Origin: a virus
Direction: 5' to 3' (one strand)
IMG/VR virus record: IMGVR_UViG_3300041405_000299
Span: 1 to 64,000 of that record
Length of the DNA: 64,000 nt
Numbering within the stretch: the stretch's first letter is position 1; every line of letters begins with the position of its first letter. The notes beneath the pieces were generated by a model. It was not told the origin of the DNA, made no database searches, and saw only the letters and a program-made list of their open reading frames with translations. Below are positions 36,158 to 45,615 of the stretch, in pieces. A program made the position numbers and the translations under genes.

Positions 36158-36644
36158 TCCCGGTTGGAAAAACCTGGGATGGGGTCTCGTCGATATCAAC
36201 GGGAAGTACGTGCGTTCGGGAACAATGAATCCCAGTACCCTTCCTCTCGGTGGGACCCCACTTTCTTTGCTCGAGACGCTTGAGCAGGAACAGAATTACA
36301 TCAAGGCAGTCTCCATGGAGCGCTACGTGGTCTATCAGGGTAAGTACAACCCAGACTCCGAGCACATCCTTCTGGTCACCGGCTCTCTGCAGTACATGGT
36401 CAAGGGCGATCTCGAAGCACCCCTGGACATGTACAAAGCGATTGACTGGAAGACGCCACTCGCCAAACACATCTACCTGACTACCGGTCAGGAAAACCCG
36501 TCAGATCGCCTCGACAAAGAGTTCTCTATCTTCGCCGCCGAGGTTGTTTCTGGGAAGCGATTCAAGGTCGACCACGAAGCTGACGCAACGTGCCTCGCCT
36601 GGCTCGCCTGCCAGCGCTGGCGCCGTGCAAACGGCATTAAGTAA
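36129..36644 (+). CDS. RuvC-like Holliday junction resolvase
   Basis: GTG start after the SD GGAGA. FLGIDPGWKNLGWGLVD and HEADATCLA motifs. Confidence 0.65.
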   Translation: MQDYLFLGIDPGWKNLGWGLVDINGKYVRSGTMNPSTLPLGGTPLSLLETLEQEQNYIKAVSMERYVVYQGKYNPDSEHILLVTGSLQYMVKGDLEAPLDMYKAIDWKTPLAKHIYLTTGQENPSDRLDKEFSIFAAEVVSGKRFKVDHEADATCLAWLACQRWRRANGIK

Positions 36645-36734
36645 GCTACCCTATTCCCAATCCTTAAAACCTCTCTGAGAGCTTCCTGGAGCGTCTCAGA
36701 GGGTACCATTGAAAACTCTATTACAGAGGACATT

Positions 36735-37256
36735 ATGAACAAAGAAGAAATGCTTAAAGCCCTCCTCGAGGCTCCTGCTGTTCGCCGTGCATTCATGACC
36801 CTAAGTATGTACGGAAATCTCTCGGAAGAATCACTCCCCGAGGCCATCTCGGACTACTACATGGCAGCGTCGGTGATTACCCGTCAGCTGTTCAAGATGA
36901 ATGTCCACAAGTTCAGCCCGATGGAAAACCCCGATAACGCCAACGTGCCCTACCTGATCCTGGGCCAAATGGGTTCCGTTCAGGGTGCCGGCCATGACAT
37001 GGTCATGTACCTGTGTCTGGAAGCGGCGAAGACCGAAGACAACGTTGAAGCGTACATCAAGGAACAAGTCGAAGCCGGTAACGATGGTAAGCCTAACTTG
37101 ATCCACGGCATCATCACCATGGATTCCGTTGGTAACTACATGACGGCTCTTCGGGATAACCTGATGCTCTCCTTCGTGATGCACGCGATCGATGATATGG
37201 GTGAAGAAGACATCCTTCAGCCGGTACCTCACATGTTCTCGAAGGAGCTGCACTAA
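36735..37256 (+). CDS. Hypothetical acidic protein
   Basis: SD AGAGGA. ORF track. Confidence 0.8.
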   Translation: MNKEEMLKALLEAPAVRRAFMTLSMYGNLSEESLPEAISDYYMAASVITRQLFKMNVHKFSPMENPDNANVPYLILGQMGSVQGAGHDMVMYLCLEAAKTEDNVEAYIKEQVEAGNDGKPNLIHGIITMDSVGNYMTALRDNLMLSFVMHAIDDMGEEDILQPVPHMFSKELH

Positions 37257-37768
37257 TGAACGAACTCTATCAGAAGTTCCGTCCGGCTTTCTCCAGTGAA
37301 GTGTTCAAAGCGGCTCTGCGAGAAGTGGTCAACGTTCGTCAGGCCCATGCAGCAGCTGCTGTCAGAGGAGATGATGCCTCCGTGGAATTCGCCCTGAAGA
37401 ACCTGGAATGTCTGCACCGCTTTACTGCGGCCCAGGCGGAAGTGTTCCGGATGGTCGAGCCGGCGGCGGTAGAAGAAGTCGGCTACGTATCTCTCGTGAT
37501 GTTCGGTACCGATCCTCGGGTCTTCCAGTTCATGCTGATGGCATTGAACGACGTAGAGGTTTTCTCCCGGGAAGCCTATAACGATCTGGTGATGAAGAAC
37601 CAGCGTCCGAACATGGATGCCATCCTTGCCGGCGACGGTAGCTTGACGGATGCTCTGATTTGGATGCACCATATGGGCACCAGCACGAGCAAATACCTCG
37701 TTGAGTGGACCGTTGCGACCACCAAAGAGAACGCCGAACGGGCTTACAACGCCGTTTTAAACGCCTGA
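37256..37768 (+). CDS. Hypothetical protein
   Basis: TAATG coupling. ORF track. Confidence 0.8.
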   Translation: MNELYQKFRPAFSSEVFKAALREVVNVRQAHAAAAVRGDDASVEFALKNLECLHRFTAAQAEVFRMVEPAAVEEVGYVSLVMFGTDPRVFQFMLMALNDVEVFSREAYNDLVMKNQRPNMDAILAGDGSLTDALIWMHHMGTSTSKYLVEWTVATTKENAERAYNAVLNA

Positions 37769-37774
37769 CGTTAC

Positions 37775-37834
37775 ATCGGCGTATCAACGAAAAGCCTTGC
37801 GCCATGCGGGTTTACAAGGGGTTGATACGCCGAT
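37775..37834 (+). terminator. 14-bp inverted repeat hairpin bridging into repeat copy 2
   Basis: ATCGGCGTATCAAC (37775-88) pairs with GTTGATACGCCGAT (37821-34). A nested CCTTG..CAAGG stem is present. Confidence 0.4.
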
Positions 37835-37937
37835 ACGTCTGAAACGTCACTTTTGACATACTTTAGAGTGTAACTGTTCCCCTATACTATAAACTACTTA
37901 CTAAGACTTTTTATAAGGTATATATAGTATGCCTACC
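37822..37937 (+). repeat. Direct repeat copy 2 (116-bp core; diverged homology continues to ~38050)
   Basis: Matches 140-255 with one mismatch (A versus C). Confidence 0.9.
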
Positions 37938-38091
37938 TACTCTATAGATATGGAAGGGTGTGTCATTCTCAGCGTGCACGACGTCCAGACGTATCAATCT
38001 TCTTTTTCGTTGACATCTTAACCAAATCCCTGGAACGTCTTCGTAACTTTGTGGTACAATCTCAATAATGCTTAATCCACAGGTATAACTA

Positions 38092-38111
38092 ACGTAGACA
38101 CCGGAGACTCC
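38092..38111 (+). promoter_or_regulatory. Degenerate promoter-like motif (GGTATAACTAACGTAGACAC)
   Basis: Also TGTGGTACAAT (extended -10-like) at 38050-38060. Confidence 0.4.
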
Positions 38112-38113
38112 CT

Positions 38114-38722
38114 ATGTTACCTATGATCGAGACCTTCAATGGTCAATTTTTTTCGTTGAACACCGATTCCCTTGAAGGCTTGACTATCGATAACATCGCT
38201 CACGCTTTGTCTATGGTCAACCGTTTCAATGGCCACACTAAATTCCCTTACAGCGTCGCTGAACACTCAGTGCACGTTGCGTCACAGCTTCCACCGGACC
38301 TGCAGCTGATTGGTTTGCTGCACGACGGTTCGGAAGCGTTCATCCAGGATATCCCCGCACCGTTCAAGCCTTACCTCCCTGACTACGCTGTCATTGAGAA
38401 GCAGGTGCAGGATCGTGTGTACCGAGCATTCGGTATGGACCCGGAGTGGGTAGATTCGGTCTACGCAGAAGTTAAACACGTGGACAGCATGATGTGTCAA
38501 GTTGAGGCAACTCACTTGCTGCATTCTACGGGTGCCGGTTGGGCCAGTAACCCAGCGAACCTCGGCATCTATGGACTTAGCCCGGTGGCCGCCGAAGGTC
38601 TCTTTTACTTGGCCTTCGACAAGATCACCAAGGGCAATTACTTTACGGGGCCTCTAACCCCAGCTTATTTGCAACAACTGATCGGAGAACACAATGCAAT
38701 CAATTCAAGTGGTAAAGCGTGA
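38114..38722 (+). CDS. HD-domain phosphohydrolase (YfbR-like 5'-deoxynucleotidase type)
   Basis: SD GGAGA. NRFNGHTKFPYSVAEHSVHVA...GLLHDGSEAFIQDIPAPFK. Confidence 0.7.
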   Translation: MLPMIETFNGQFFSLNTDSLEGLTIDNIAHALSMVNRFNGHTKFPYSVAEHSVHVASQLPPDLQLIGLLHDGSEAFIQDIPAPFKPYLPDYAVIEKQVQDRVYRAFGMDPEWVDSVYAEVKHVDSMMCQVEATHLLHSTGAGWASNPANLGIYGLSPVAAEGLFYLAFDKITKGNYFTGPLTPAYLQQLIGEHNAINSSGKA

Positions 38723-40991
38723 TGGTCGTAAAGAACCCTTTACTTGGGAAAAGATCGATCGCGTAATCGAATGGGCCGGTGAGGGCCTGGACGTCTCTAC
38801 CTCTCAGGTTGGCGTCAATGTCCGTCTGCACGTATTCGATGGGGTGACCACTCAGGATCTGCACCGTGCTGTGGTGAAAGCCATGGCCGACTTGATCTCA
38901 GCGGATGAGCCCGACTACCAGTACATGGCCGCTCGTGCTGCGATGTTCGGTATCCGCAAAGAAGTGTACGGGCAGTTCGAACCGATGTACTTCCCGCTGT
39001 TCGTGAAATCGATGGTGGCCAAAGGCCTGTACGACGAAGCAATCCTTAACGATTACGACGAGTACGAGCTGAGCGTAATGGCTGAAGCGATCGATCATAG
39101 CCGTGACCTGAGCTACGCGTACGCCGCAGTGAAACAGCTGGAAGGCAAATACCTGGTGCAGAACCGTGTGACCGGTGAAATCTATGAAACGCCGCAGATG
39201 GCGAACATGATGATTTCGGCGTGCTTGTTCTCCCGTTATCCGCAAGACGTCCGCATGGATTACGTCCTGAAGTTCTACGAATACCTGTCGACCTTCAAGA
39301 TCTCCCTGCCGACGCCGATCATGGCAGGTATGCGTACGCCGACCCGTCAGTTCTCCTCTTGCGTGCTGATCTCAGCCGGGGACTCCCTGGATTCCATCAA
39401 CGCAGCATCGGCGGCAATTGTTAAGTATGTGTCTCAGCGTGCCGGTATCGGTCTGAACGTCGGTGACATCCGTGCTTTGGGCTCTGAGATCCGTGGCGGC
39501 GAAGCGAATCACACGGGTTTGATCCCCTTCATCAAACTGATGCAAGCGGCAGTGAAGTCCTGTTCTCAGGGTGGCGTGCGTGGTGGTGCGGCAACAGTAT
39601 TCTATCCGGCTTGGCATTACGAAGTGATGGATCTGTTGGTATTGAAGAACAACCGCGGTACCGAAGCTAACCGTGTGCGTCACATGGATTACGCCGTGCA
39701 GCTTAATGGCTTCCTGTATCAGCGTCTGCTGTCTAACGGCAAGATTTCCTGCTTCTCTCCGCACGAAGTCCCTGGCCTGCTGGATGCATTCTTTGCTGAC
39801 CAGAAAGAGTTTGCCCGTCTGTATGAAATCTACGAAGCCGACTCCAGCATCCGTCGCCAGACGTACACTGCTGCAGAGCTCTTCGGTGTGATTGCATCTG
39901 AGCGTGCCTCTACCGGTCGTATCTACATCCAGAACGTTGATCACTGCAACACGCACTCTCCGTTCCGTCCGGAAGTGGCACCGGTTCGCCAGTCTAACCT
40001 CTGCCTGGAAATTGCTCTGCCGACCAAACCGATGGAATTCGTCAATGACGGTTCCGGCGAAATCGCTCTGTGTACGCTGGCTGCGTTCAACCTGGGCGAA
40101 CTGACTCCAAGCGAGTTCCCGATTGCAGCTGACCTCCTGGTCCGTGGCCTGAACGAACTGCTGGATTATCAGGACTACCCGGTACTGGCCGCCAAACAAG
40201 GCAGTGATTACCGTCGTACCCTCGGTGTGGGCGTGATCAACTATGCTTACTGGCTGGCCAAACAAGGCCTGAAGTATTCAGATGGCTCTGCTAACGAACC
40301 GACTCACCGTCTGTTTGAACAAATGCAGTACCACCTGATGAAAGCGTCGGTTGAACTGGCCAAAGAGAAGGGTGCCTGCCCGGGCTTCCATGAGACCACG
40401 TACTCACAGGGTATCCTGCCAATTGACACGTACAAGAAGGATGTTGACTCCATCGTCAGCTCTAAACTGTACTGCGATTGGGATGGCCTGCGTGCGGATA
40501 TCATGAAGTACGGCATGCGTAACTCTACCCTGTCAGCGTTAATGCCTTCTGAGACGTCCTCACAGATCTCTAACTCCACCAACGGCATCGAGCCGCCACG
40601 TGGTCTGGTCTCTGTGAAACAGTCGAAAGACGGTGTGCTGCGTCAGGTAGTGCCGGAAGTGGCCCGTCTGCGGGATGCATACCAAACGCTGTGGATGCTG
40701 CCGGATAACAAAGGGTACATCGAGCTGGTGGCTATCATGCAGAAGTTCGTCGACCAGACGATCTCTGCGAACACCAACTACGACCCGAGTAAGTTCCCGA
40801 ACAACAAGGTGCCGGCCAAGCAGGTCCTGAAAGACCTGATCACCGGTTACAAGCTGGGCGTCAAAACCTGGTACTACCACAACACCCGTGACGGTTCTGA
40901 CGATAAGTCCTTCGAAGACAAAGCGTTACCGCCACTGGAAGCAGTGATTGTGGAAGACGACGGCTGCGAAAGCGGCGCCTGTAAGATTTAA
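38694..40991 (+). CDS. nrdA: Ribonucleoside-diphosphate reductase class Ia, alpha subunit
   Basis: Collinear with E. coli NrdA over its full length, with high identity (e.g. VKQLEGKYLVQNRVTGEIYE, SNLCLEIALPTKP, C-terminal DDGCESGACKI). Confidence 0.97.
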   Translation: MQSIQVVKRDGRKEPFTWEKIDRVIEWAGEGLDVSTSQVGVNVRLHVFDGVTTQDLHRAVVKAMADLISADEPDYQYMAARAAMFGIRKEVYGQFEPMYFPLFVKSMVAKGLYDEAILNDYDEYELSVMAEAIDHSRDLSYAYAAVKQLEGKYLVQNRVTGEIYETPQMANMMISACLFSRYPQDVRMDYVLKFYEYLSTFKISLPTPIMAGMRTPTRQFSSCVLISAGDSLDSINAASAAIVKYVSQRAGIGLNVGDIRALGSEIRGGEANHTGLIPFIKLMQAAVKSCSQGGVRGGAATVFYPAWHYEVMDLLVLKNNRGTEANRVRHMDYAVQLNGFLYQRLLSNGKISCFSPHEVPGLLDAFFADQKEFARLYEIYEADSSIRRQTYTAAELFGVIASERASTGRIYIQNVDHCNTHSPFRPEVAPVRQSNLCLEIALPTKPMEFVNDGSGEIALCTLAAFNLGELTPSEFPIAADLLVRGLNELLDYQDYPVLAAKQGSDYRRTLGVGVINYAYWLAKQGLKYSDGSANEPTHRLFEQMQYHLMKASVELAKEKGACPGFHETTYSQGILPIDTYKKDVDSIVSSKLYCDWDGLRADIMKYGMRNSTLSALMPSETSSQISNSTNGIEPPRGLVSVKQSKDGVLRQVVPEVARLRDAYQTLWMLPDNKGYIELVAIMQKFVDQTISANTNYDPSKFPNNKVPAKQVLKDLITGYKLGVKTWYYHNTRDGSDDKSFEDKALPPLEAVIVEDDGCESGACKI

Positions 40992-40997
40992 CCTCAA

Positions 40998-41021
40998 GGG
41001 TCCTTCGGGACCCTTTCTCTT
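40998..41021 (+). terminator. Intrinsic terminator (UUCG tetraloop)
   Basis: GGGTCC-ttcg-GGACCC followed by TTTCTCTTT. Confidence 0.65.
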
Positions 41022-41032
41022 TGGAGCTCCTT

Positions 41033-41305
41033 ATGGGAATCCCTGCAACGATTTACCACCGCCCAAACGGCGAGCAACAATCAATCATCATTAACGACGT
41101 AGACGATCTGGACGCAGCTTGGTTCAAGGCTAACCACGTTCGGGTTTCTATGGAAGAAGACGGCACAGGTGGCTACATCCTATACGGTGATTATGGTGCG
41201 TCGATGGAGGACGGTACTCCAGAAGAAGCAATCGTATTCAGCGGCGGGAAGAGTTGCCGCGACTCCCTTAAGTCCCTGCGTGAAGCCATTGAAGAGCTAA
41301 AGTAA
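41033..41305 (+). CDS. Hypothetical acidic protein (90 aa)
   Basis: ATG after the SD GGAG, within track ORF 41021..41305. Confidence 0.7.
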   Translation: MGIPATIYHRPNGEQQSIIINDVDDLDAAWFKANHVRVSMEEDGTGGYILYGDYGASMEDGTPEEAIVFSGGKSCRDSLKSLREAIEELK

Positions 41306-41634
41306 TGCGTCTTGTAGAACTCTCGGAATTGGACGACAAACTGTGCGTCCGCCATGCGGCAAAGATCTATTTCCGCATCAAGAACCCCACCAGCAAACAG
41401 AAATGGACTAACGGCCGGACTCGGGAAGTCCTGAACTTACCGAAAACCGTGTTGCTTGATGACTACAACGTTGAAGTTTATGTTGATCCTGAGACGATTC
41501 TGGTAGTCCGATCTGCCGGTGATGCGGTATACTCTCACTTTCGCGATGCACAGTCAGGAAAATGCAGTCCGACTGTGACGAATCCGGCCTTAGCGGTCGT
41601 GTCTTATAAACGAGGAATTCCTTATGCCATTTAA
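41305..41634 (+). CDS. Hypothetical protein
   Basis: TAATG coupling. Confidence 0.75.
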   Translation: MRLVELSELDDKLCVRHAAKIYFRIKNPTSKQKWTNGRTREVLNLPKTVLLDDYNVEVYVDPETILVVRSAGDAVYSHFRDAQSGKCSPTVTNPALAVVSYKRGIPYAI

Positions 41635-42253
41635 CAAAATCCACGACCTGATGGATGATGCTCCTTCCGTTCCATACATGGACACCCGTCACGTTACCCG
41701 TGCGGGCTTAATGCTTAACACCGCTGCCAAGTCGAAGGCCGTTGTCCTGTCTCAGGCAGACATCGCCCGTCTGATGAACTTCACGGCTAATGAAGGTGTG
41801 CTCGACATGGATAAGCTGCGTGAACAAGGTCCTATCGTTCTGCAGTTCGATGGCCAGCGTGATGACAAAGGTCGCTTCGTGATCGCCTTGCTGACCGTCC
41901 CAATGGATGAAGGCAATCAGGTGACGTGCTTCCCGTACTCTAACAATAACGAAAAAGACAAAATGTGGCCGTACGATAAACACTTTGTCTTCGGTAACGT
42001 TAGTGACTTGAAGAAGATCACTATTCAAACCCGTGATACGCACCCGCTGGCGAGCGCCGAAGACCTGGACGAACTGGGTAAAACCCACTTGTCCGCCCTG
42101 AGCGCTATCGTGCTGAAATTCCTGTTTGCTCAGCAGCAAGGCCTGTTTACCGTAGTGCCGGACAACCGTGACTACTCCAAACTGAATAAGAAACGTGAGA
42201 AGAGCAAGAAGTCTCCGTTCGTCCCCGATAACCTCCTGGTATGGAGCAAGTAA
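41624..42253 (+). CDS. Hypothetical protein (209 aa)
   Basis: SD GAGGA. ORF track. Confidence 0.8.
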   Translation: MPFNKIHDLMDDAPSVPYMDTRHVTRAGLMLNTAAKSKAVVLSQADIARLMNFTANEGVLDMDKLREQGPIVLQFDGQRDDKGRFVIALLTVPMDEGNQVTCFPYSNNNEKDKMWPYDKHFVFGNVSDLKKITIQTRDTHPLASAEDLDELGKTHLSALSAIVLKFLFAQQQGLFTVVPDNRDYSKLNKKREKSKKSPFVPDNLLVWSK

Positions 42254-42759
42254 TGCAAACTCTCAACGCTTATTCTGATTTGATCCGCGGCTGGGCGGCC
42301 GACCGTAACCTTATCGAAGGTTCTAAGCCGGTAAACCAGTTCGATAAACTGTTCGAAGAGAACGGCGAGAACGCCGGCCACTCCGCCCGCGGCAAGCTTG
42401 ACTTGGTGCCAGATGATTTAGGTGACATGTTCGTTGTGATCACCATCCTGGCTGCCCAGTTGGGCCTGAGCGTACCTCTGGCCAAAGCCCAGACCTATGA
42501 AGGCAGCGAGACCCTGTGCTCTACCATTCGTCTGTCCTTGTATGCCGAGCTCGGCCATTTAGTCGTGCTGGTAGATAAACGCTGCCTGGACAGCGACATC
42601 GAGTTCTCCCTGTCGGAAGTTGCCTACCTGTTGCGTCGTCAAGCACAGGACTTGGGCACCACCCTGGAAGCCTGCGTTGATCACGCATGGAACGAAATCA
42701 AAGACCGTAAAGGCCGTATGATCGACGGCGTATTTGTTAAAGAGGCTGATTTAGCATGA
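42253..42759 (+). CDS. MazG-like nucleotide pyrophosphohydrolase
   Basis: TAATG coupling. W..DRNL...Q..KL.EE.GE, DDLGDMFVV and WNEIKDRKGRMIDGVFVK. Confidence 0.6.
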   Translation: MQTLNAYSDLIRGWAADRNLIEGSKPVNQFDKLFEENGENAGHSARGKLDLVPDDLGDMFVVITILAAQLGLSVPLAKAQTYEGSETLCSTIRLSLYAELGHLVVLVDKRCLDSDIEFSLSEVAYLLRRQAQDLGTTLEACVDHAWNEIKDRKGRMIDGVFVKEADLA

Positions 42760-43958
42760 GTTTTTCCACTTTCAATCCAAACGAAGTTAACTACCTGACT
42801 GAGCCAATGTTCTTCGGCCAAGGCTTGAACGTTGCCCGTTTCGATAAACTGAAGTATCAGCACGTTGATGATGAGTTCACTCAGAAAGTGCTGGCCTTCT
42901 TCTGGCGCCCGGAAGAAATCGATCTGTCCAAAGACCGCATCGACTTCAATGAGAAGCTGGCAGATCACGAGAAGCACATCTTCACCAGCAACCTGCAGTA
43001 CCAAACCCTGCTGGATTCTGTGCAGGCCCGTGGCTTAGAGTCAGCGTTCGCGAAGATTATCTCCCTTCCGGAACTGGAAAACTGGTTCCAGACGTGGGGG
43101 TTCTCCGAGACGATCCACTCTCGCTCGTACACCCACATCATCCGTAACCTGTACCCAGATCCAGGTGTGGTCTTCGATAACATCGTGATCAATCCTGAGA
43201 TCGCTGAGCGTACGATCAACCTGACCGGTAACTATGACCGCTTCATCAAAGGCGTGGACATGTGGTCCATGTTCGGTGAAGGTCGCTTCCAGGTTAACCA
43301 GATCAACCCCAACGTGCTGAGTGAAATCCTGGCGAATCCGATGGCTCCTCGCCCGGCGCCGAAGGTTATCGAGACACTGGACGTGTCTATGCCACAGCTG
43401 ATGTCCGATGCTCACTTCCTGCTGGCCGACATCAACACGTTAGAAGCTCTGCGTTTCTACGTGTCGTTCGCCTGTTCGTTCGCGTTCAACGAGCGTGAGC
43501 TGATGGAAGGTAACGCCAAGGTGATCAAGTTCATCTGCCGCGACGAGTCACTGCATAAGACTTCGACCACGTGGATGCTGAACAAGTTGGCAGACGGTTC
43601 GGAAGGTAAAGAATGGGCGGCGATCGCCCGGGCTAACGCTTCTCGTATTCCTGCTCTGTTCAAATCGGTTGCCGACCAGGAAATCCGTTGGGCGAAGTAC
43701 CTGTTCAAAGACGGTGCGATGCCCGGCATTAACCTGGAAACCATCGGGGCGTACATCGAGTATCTCGTTGACATCTGTCTGAACCAGCTGAACATGCCAG
43801 GTATCTACGGGCGTAAGAAAAACCCGATGCCGTGGATGAACACTTACACGAACTCGGAAAACGTACAGGTTGCCCCACAAGAAGTTGAGCTCTCAAGCTA
43901 TCTGACTGCCGACTTGCAGATGGAAGGCATGAACGACTTCGGCGACCTTACACTGTGA
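42756..43958 (+). CDS. nrdB: Ribonucleoside-diphosphate reductase class Ia, beta subunit
   Basis: Collinear with E. coli NrdB (FFWRPEE, SETIHSRSYTHII, RFYVSFACSFAF.ERELMEGNAK, NVQVAPQEVE.SSYL). Confidence 0.97.
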   Translation: MSFSTFNPNEVNYLTEPMFFGQGLNVARFDKLKYQHVDDEFTQKVLAFFWRPEEIDLSKDRIDFNEKLADHEKHIFTSNLQYQTLLDSVQARGLESAFAKIISLPELENWFQTWGFSETIHSRSYTHIIRNLYPDPGVVFDNIVINPEIAERTINLTGNYDRFIKGVDMWSMFGEGRFQVNQINPNVLSEILANPMAPRPAPKVIETLDVSMPQLMSDAHFLLADINTLEALRFYVSFACSFAFNERELMEGNAKVIKFICRDESLHKTSTTWMLNKLADGSEGKEWAAIARANASRIPALFKSVADQEIRWAKYLFKDGAMPGINLETIGAYIEYLVDICLNQLNMPGIYGRKKNPMPWMNTYTNSENVQVAPQEVELSSYLTADLQMEGMNDFGDLTL

Positions 43959-43987
43959 TCAATCAGCCCAGGGACGGGCGTTTTACT

Positions 43988-44007
43988 GGTATAAGTAAAG
44001 AGTAGAG
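43988..44007 (+). promoter_or_regulatory. Conserved phage promoter-like motif (GGTATAAGTAAAGAGTAGAG)
   Basis: Motif family member. Confidence 0.5.
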
Positions 44008-44021
44008 ATAAAGGGGATCTT

Positions 44022-44597
44022 ATGTTTAACAAGCAAGCATTACACAACCGCTTTCAAAACGGTTGTCTGGCAGCGATCGGGACAGCACCGATTGTTGGTT
44101 TAGCGTCTTATAAAGTCCTCGAGGACCTCAAACTCGACCGGGACTTGTATAAGATCGCGAAGTTCACCCTCTTAGCATCTCTTGTCTCTGGGCTGGTCTG
44201 GTCACTCTTCCCATCCGCTCGCCGCAAGCCTTCCGAAGAGGAAGAGTCTGCAGTGAAAAACTCGTACTCACCTGTTCTGCTTATTCAGATTAGTGAATCG
44301 ATTAAGGATGCAGAAGACGCCTACATCATGAAGTTGCACAGGGAACGTCAGGCCGATAAGGCTGCCGAAACCAGTTCAGCGGGTGTGCTGGAGCCAAGAC
44401 GATCTTCATCCTTCCCGGGCTATGTCCGTCCAGGAGAGATCACGGTTGAGCGAACTGAAACGCGTACTTCGGGTGGTTATGCTAACCCATTGCGTGCATC
44501 CAGTCCGTTCCGTTCTTCAACACTGAGCAGTGGTGATCGAGAGTTATCTTCGGTCGACATTTCTTCAGTACTGCTATCGGATGATCCAAATGATTAA
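44022..44597 (+). CDS. Membrane-anchored Ser-rich protein
   Basis: SD AAGGGGA. Two N-terminal hydrophobic helices. Confidence 0.75.
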   Translation: MFNKQALHNRFQNGCLAAIGTAPIVGLASYKVLEDLKLDRDLYKIAKFTLLASLVSGLVWSLFPSARRKPSEEEESAVKNSYSPVLLIQISESIKDAEDAYIMKLHRERQADKAAETSSAGVLEPRRSSSFPGYVRPGEITVERTETRTSGGYANPLRASSPFRSSTLSSGDRELSSVDISSVLLSDDPND

Positions 44598-44949
44598 GTC
44601 TAAAGTAACATTGGAGCTCTCCATTACGGAGGGTTCACGGGTAAGTGGATGGGGTGAATCCGCGGTCCAAGAGTACATCCTTCGGCATCCGAAGCTGGCC
44701 GGTGATATTCGTTTGCGTTGTCAGCGAAGGGATATTGACGAAGTACTAGAAGATCTGTCAGTATCTGCGGTATCCGAAACCTTCGGAGCCAATACTGAAG
44801 TGACTCTGGTCGATGTCGGTAACGAATTAGCCCGTTCTTCCACCGGTGTTCCGCTCTCGAAGAAAGAGCAGGAAGAATTGGAAAATATGCTCGAACAAAA
44901 AGATCCACAAACTCAACAAGATAACCCGTTCAAAATCAAGATCGGTTGA
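44590..44949 (+). CDS. Hypothetical protein (119 aa)
   Basis: Internal ATG of track ORF 44530..44949, overlapping the upstream stop. Confidence 0.65.
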   Translation: MIKSKVTLELSITEGSRVSGWGESAVQEYILRHPKLAGDIRLRCQRRDIDEVLEDLSVSAVSETFGANTEVTLVDVGNELARSSTGVPLSKKEQEELENMLEQKDPQTQQDNPFKIKIG

Positions 44950-44961
44950 TCTGTAAGCAAT

Positions 44962-44989
44962 AAACAGGAGATTGACCTCTCCTGTTTTT
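44962..44989 (+). terminator. Intrinsic terminator
   Basis: 10-bp stem AAACAGGAGA/TCTCCTGTTT followed by T5. The loop carries the -35 of the next promoter. Confidence 0.75.
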
Positions 44990-45001
44990 ATCCCGTATAA
45001 T
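44972..45001 (+). promoter_or_regulatory. sigma70 consensus-like promoter
   Basis: TTGACC-N18-TATAAT. Confidence 0.55.
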
Positions 45002-45024
45002 CATCCTAAAGAGGAAACTGAAAC

Positions 45025-45615
45025 ATGCCTAAACTAATCGTCGGAATCAACGGGTTAGCCCAACACGGTAAAGATACCAGCGCTGATATGCTGAAAGCGT
45101 ACCTGGCACTGCGTGGTATCACCTGTGAAATCATCCCATTCGCCAAGCCTATCAAGGACATGGCCCGCTATGTCTTCGACATGACGGATGAAGACGTGAA
45201 CACGTCCGCAGGCAAGAAGCGTGTGATCCCGACAGCTCGTGGCCTGACCTCTCGACAAATCCAACAGAAGATCGGTACCGAATCCTTCCGTGATGTGTTC
45301 TTCCCGGAAATCTGGACCGACTTTTTTATCAGAACTGCAGCGAAATCAGAGGCTGACGTCATCGCGATCCCTGACATGCGGTTCGACAATGAGATCGACC
45401 TGGTATCGGCCTTCCCTGAAACGCAGGGTTGGGGTGCGACTACCATGAAGGTCTTTAACCCGAACGTTGACGCCCAGGCGCCGGCCCACATTAGCGAGAA
45501 ACCGCAGCCCGACGAGAAGTTTGATACCGTTATCATTAACTCGGGGACGCTGGAAGATCTGCGTGATAAAGTCGTTTCCTGGGCGGATGCACGCATCCTC
45601 CCGAGACTCTCATGA
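45025..45615 (+). CDS. Deoxynucleoside monophosphate kinase
   Basis: SD AGAGGA. The pattern GINGLAQHGKDT...IKDMA...RQIQQKIGTE..R...IPDMRFDNE is typical of phage dNMP kinases. Confidence 0.7.
   Translation: MPKLIVGINGLAQHGKDTSADMLKAYLALRGITCEIIPFAKPIKDMARYVFDMTDEDVNTSAGKKRVIPTARGLTSRQIQQKIGTESFRDVFFPEIWTDFFIRTAAKSEADVIAIPDMRFDNEIDLVSAFPETQGWGATTMKVFNPNVDAQAPAHISEKPQPDEKFDTVIINSGTLEDLRDKVVSWADARILPRLS

Noticed and set aside
39372-40265. 297-aa minus-strand ORF, plus other antisense ORFs, inside nrdA
   Set aside because: nrdA is unambiguous on the plus strand. The antisense frames are open by chance.
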